64,000 nt of DNA, from NCBI GenBank assembly GCA_035221665.1, contig CM069131.1, positions 158,472,001-158,536,000 of the forward strand. Direction: 5' to 3'. Positions within the stretch are counted from its first letter, which is position 1. The number at the start of each line of letters is the position of its first letter. This document shows, in pieces, positions 61,556 to 64,000 of this stretch. The notes beneath the pieces are model-generated. The model saw only the letters and a program-made list of their open reading frames with translations. It was not told the DNA's origin and did no database searches. A program made the translations under genes and the position numbers. The stretch comes from Okamejei kenojei (lineage: Eukaryota).

Positions 61556-61812
61556 AACAGTATTGTCTCCAGTTTGGAGACTTTTCAGGGTTGGTATTCC
61601 TACTGCCCCAGCCGAGCTAAACAGTAAAGCCCATGGATTTGAGAAGTGTTGTCGAAGAACGGCGTATTCTACAGCCACTGTGTGCCAGAAAGGGGTGACT
61701 GAACATTTAGGATGGTTGCTTAAGGGGATCACATGGTCTTCATTTTCCCTGGAGTGTAGTTGTAATTGTTTTCATGTTGGCACCCAGTGAGTATTCCTAT
61801 ACATTTCTGCAA

Positions 61813-63446
61813 TCAATATTACTAAAAGTCTAATCTTGACCACTTCCTGTTGTTCTGTATATTGATTTTAGAAAAAACGCTGCCACTTACGGCTGTGATT
61901 TTTGGGCATCCTACTCGGAGTGCCCCTCCGCTGCGCAGGACAAGAGGATTTTTCCCATCAATTAAAAATAAAAGAGTTATTAGTGTTTAATAAATGTTGA
62001 GATCCTCTCTCCTGAAGGCCACGCCCCTTCCTGAGGGACTATAAAACCCGGAAGTGTTGAGAGCCTCAGTCAGTCTCTGCAAGATGGGGGAAGCGAGAGG
62101 GTCACGTCTCTCAGTCTGAGCTGTGAATAACACTGAACACATGTCTACTAAACTGTGAGTGCGGTTTTACTAACCTTGAGTGCCTTTAATGTGGTTTGAA
62201 AATGAAAATGTGGTTGGTTTGAAATAAAGCACAGCAAATGATTGTTGGTAGCTGTTCGTTTGGAATAAAGCACAGTGAATGGTTGGTGGTGGTTGGTTCG
62301 AAATAAAGCACAGCAAATGGTTGTTGGTGGCGGTTGGTTCGTAATAAAGCACAATTAATGGTCTAAACTTGACAACTTCCTGTTTGCACTGTATATTGAT
62401 TTTAAATAAAACGCTTCCACTATGACTGTCATTTTTGGCCATCTTACTCAGTCCCCCTCTGCTCATCAGGGGCAGAGGATCCTTCCCATTAATGACAAAT
62501 AAAAGTGTTATTAGTGTTTAAAAAATGTTGACAATCTCTCGCATGTCAATTACGCCATGAAGGCCACGCCTCTTCCGGTGGGAGAGGGAGGGATTATAAA
62601 ACCCAGAAGTGTGGGTGTGGCTCAGTCTCTGCAAGATGGGGGAGGGACAGGTCATGACTCTGTCTGAGCTGTGAATCAACTGAACACACTGAATGTCTAC
62701 TGAACTGTGAGTGTGATGTTTATGTGATGTTTTGTGTGGTTTTATGGTGGTTTCATCCTGCTTGAAATGGTATGACACTGCATTTGAATGTAGTGGCCTT
62801 GTACCCTGCATGAAATGGTATAAAACTGCATTTGAATGCGGTGGCCTTGCACCCTGCATGAAATGGTGTTAAACTGCATTTGAATTTGGTGGCCTTGCAC
62901 CCTGCTTGAAATGGTATGAAACTGCACTTGAATTTGGTTGTCTTGCACTCTGCTTGAAGTGGTATGAAACTGCACCTGAGTTTGGTGGCCCTGCACCCTG
63001 CTTGAAGTGGTTGGAAACTACACTTGAGTTTGGTGGCCCTGCACCCTGCTTGAAGTGTTAAGAAACTGCACTTGAATTTGGTGGCTTTGCACCCTGCTTG
63101 AAATGGTAGGAAACTGCATTTGAATTTGGTGGCCTTGCACCCTGCTTGAAATGGAATTTCAAGGAATAGCCATGAGTCAACTGCCAGCCCACCAGCCATG
63201 AGTTAGCTGCCAGCACATCATGCTTGAGTGACTGAGCTGCCACCTAAGAATCCAGTTGGCCCACAGTGTCCATGCTAGCCCTCTGGAAACCAGTCCCTTC
63301 AGCCCACAACACCCATATTAGTGCTCCAGAACCTCCCCCCCCCCCCCCCCCCACTGGCCACTAACATTGTAATTGGTGGAGAGGTGGAAAATTGTTCAGG
63401 GGACCAGCCCTCCCACATGAACATGGGACCCAACGGTAGTCTAGTA
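61813..63446 (-). mobile_element. Helitron/Helentron-like non-autonomous element with internal duplication and minisatellites
   Basis: Minus termini TACTAGAC..CCGTTGGGTCCC and CAAGATTAGACTTTTAGTAATAT match 14759-15908; ~61840-62165 duplicated at ~62375-62710. Confidence 0.55.
62757..63154. repeat. 48-bp minisatellite, about 8 copies
   Basis: Unit CCTGCTTGAAATGGTATGAAACTGCATTTGAATTTGGTGGCCTTGCAC; 16-aa periodicity in the overlapping ORFs. Confidence 0.95.
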
Positions 63447-64000
63447 CTTTATAAATCGTGGAATAACCCTTGTGGCTATGCATTAATGTGGCTGCTTTAG
63501 TTGAGTTTTGGTCTGTGGCTGTTGATGGGTGAAGGCAGAGTGATTTTGCAATGGGAATTCTGTTGAATGCCAATGTGAGATCATTTGCCTTGCAAACTGT
63601 AAACAATGATTGCATAAGATTTGGACCATATGTATTTTATTATCCACTAATTGTCCCAAGCTCAACATTGTCTAGCTATTTCAATAAGTGGATATGGATT
63701 CATTCTAACTTGAGGAATTAAGAACAGAACGGAACAAACCTTTCTCCATCTTTGTTGTCTGAACTTCTAATACCCATCCTCAAACGAGGCATACATGACT
63801 GGGATGTCCTTTTCTTTTTTAATAGAGATTATACAGATATTGAATCTGTTCATAAAGCCATACCAGCAATAAATAGTTATAAATGTTTCCATATTTGATA
63901 TAAAATTATATATTTTTTAAATTCCTTAATTAAAACAACATTACTTTAATAATAACTTTAAAAATAGGATATTTGGTGGACTCAAGGAAGACCGCTGCAT

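Noticed and set aside
62742-63243. Periodic Cys/Gln-rich ORFs and CRISPR-like periodicity
   Set aside because: 48-bp minisatellite with no unique spacers; eukaryotic context

Overview
Eukaryotic, repeat-dense vertebrate DNA. The repeat set (HER1-like CR1 LINEs, HE1-like V-SINEs, Rex1/Babar LINEs, Penelope-derived terminal repeats) points to a cartilaginous fish, probably a skate or ray (inference). The only host gene I can support is the 5' end of a CCBE1-family gene on the + strand: signal-peptide exon 21322-21428 and an 81-nt exon 21680-21760. I found no further exon, so the rest of the window appears to be its long intron 2. Almost all long ORFs in the supplied track are decayed LINE or transposase fragments, or antisense and low-complexity artefacts. 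Highlights: (1) a ~140-bp TSD-flanked retro-element made of a minimal HDV-like ribozyme, a hairpin and an (AAG)n tail (13882-14020, with a 5'-truncated sister copy at 48819-48887); (2) a complete 509-bp LTR with a tRNA-Pro primer-binding site (4870-5397); (3) a HERO-type restriction-endonuclease LINE with a hammerhead-like 3' UTR; (4) repeated tail-to-truncated-head retroelement chimeras; (5) Penelope hammerhead repeats, a Tc1 relic, Harbinger-like MITEs and Helitron-like elements. Everything was read by eye. Boundaries of old repeats are approximate, and comparisons with known sequences are from memory, not database searches.
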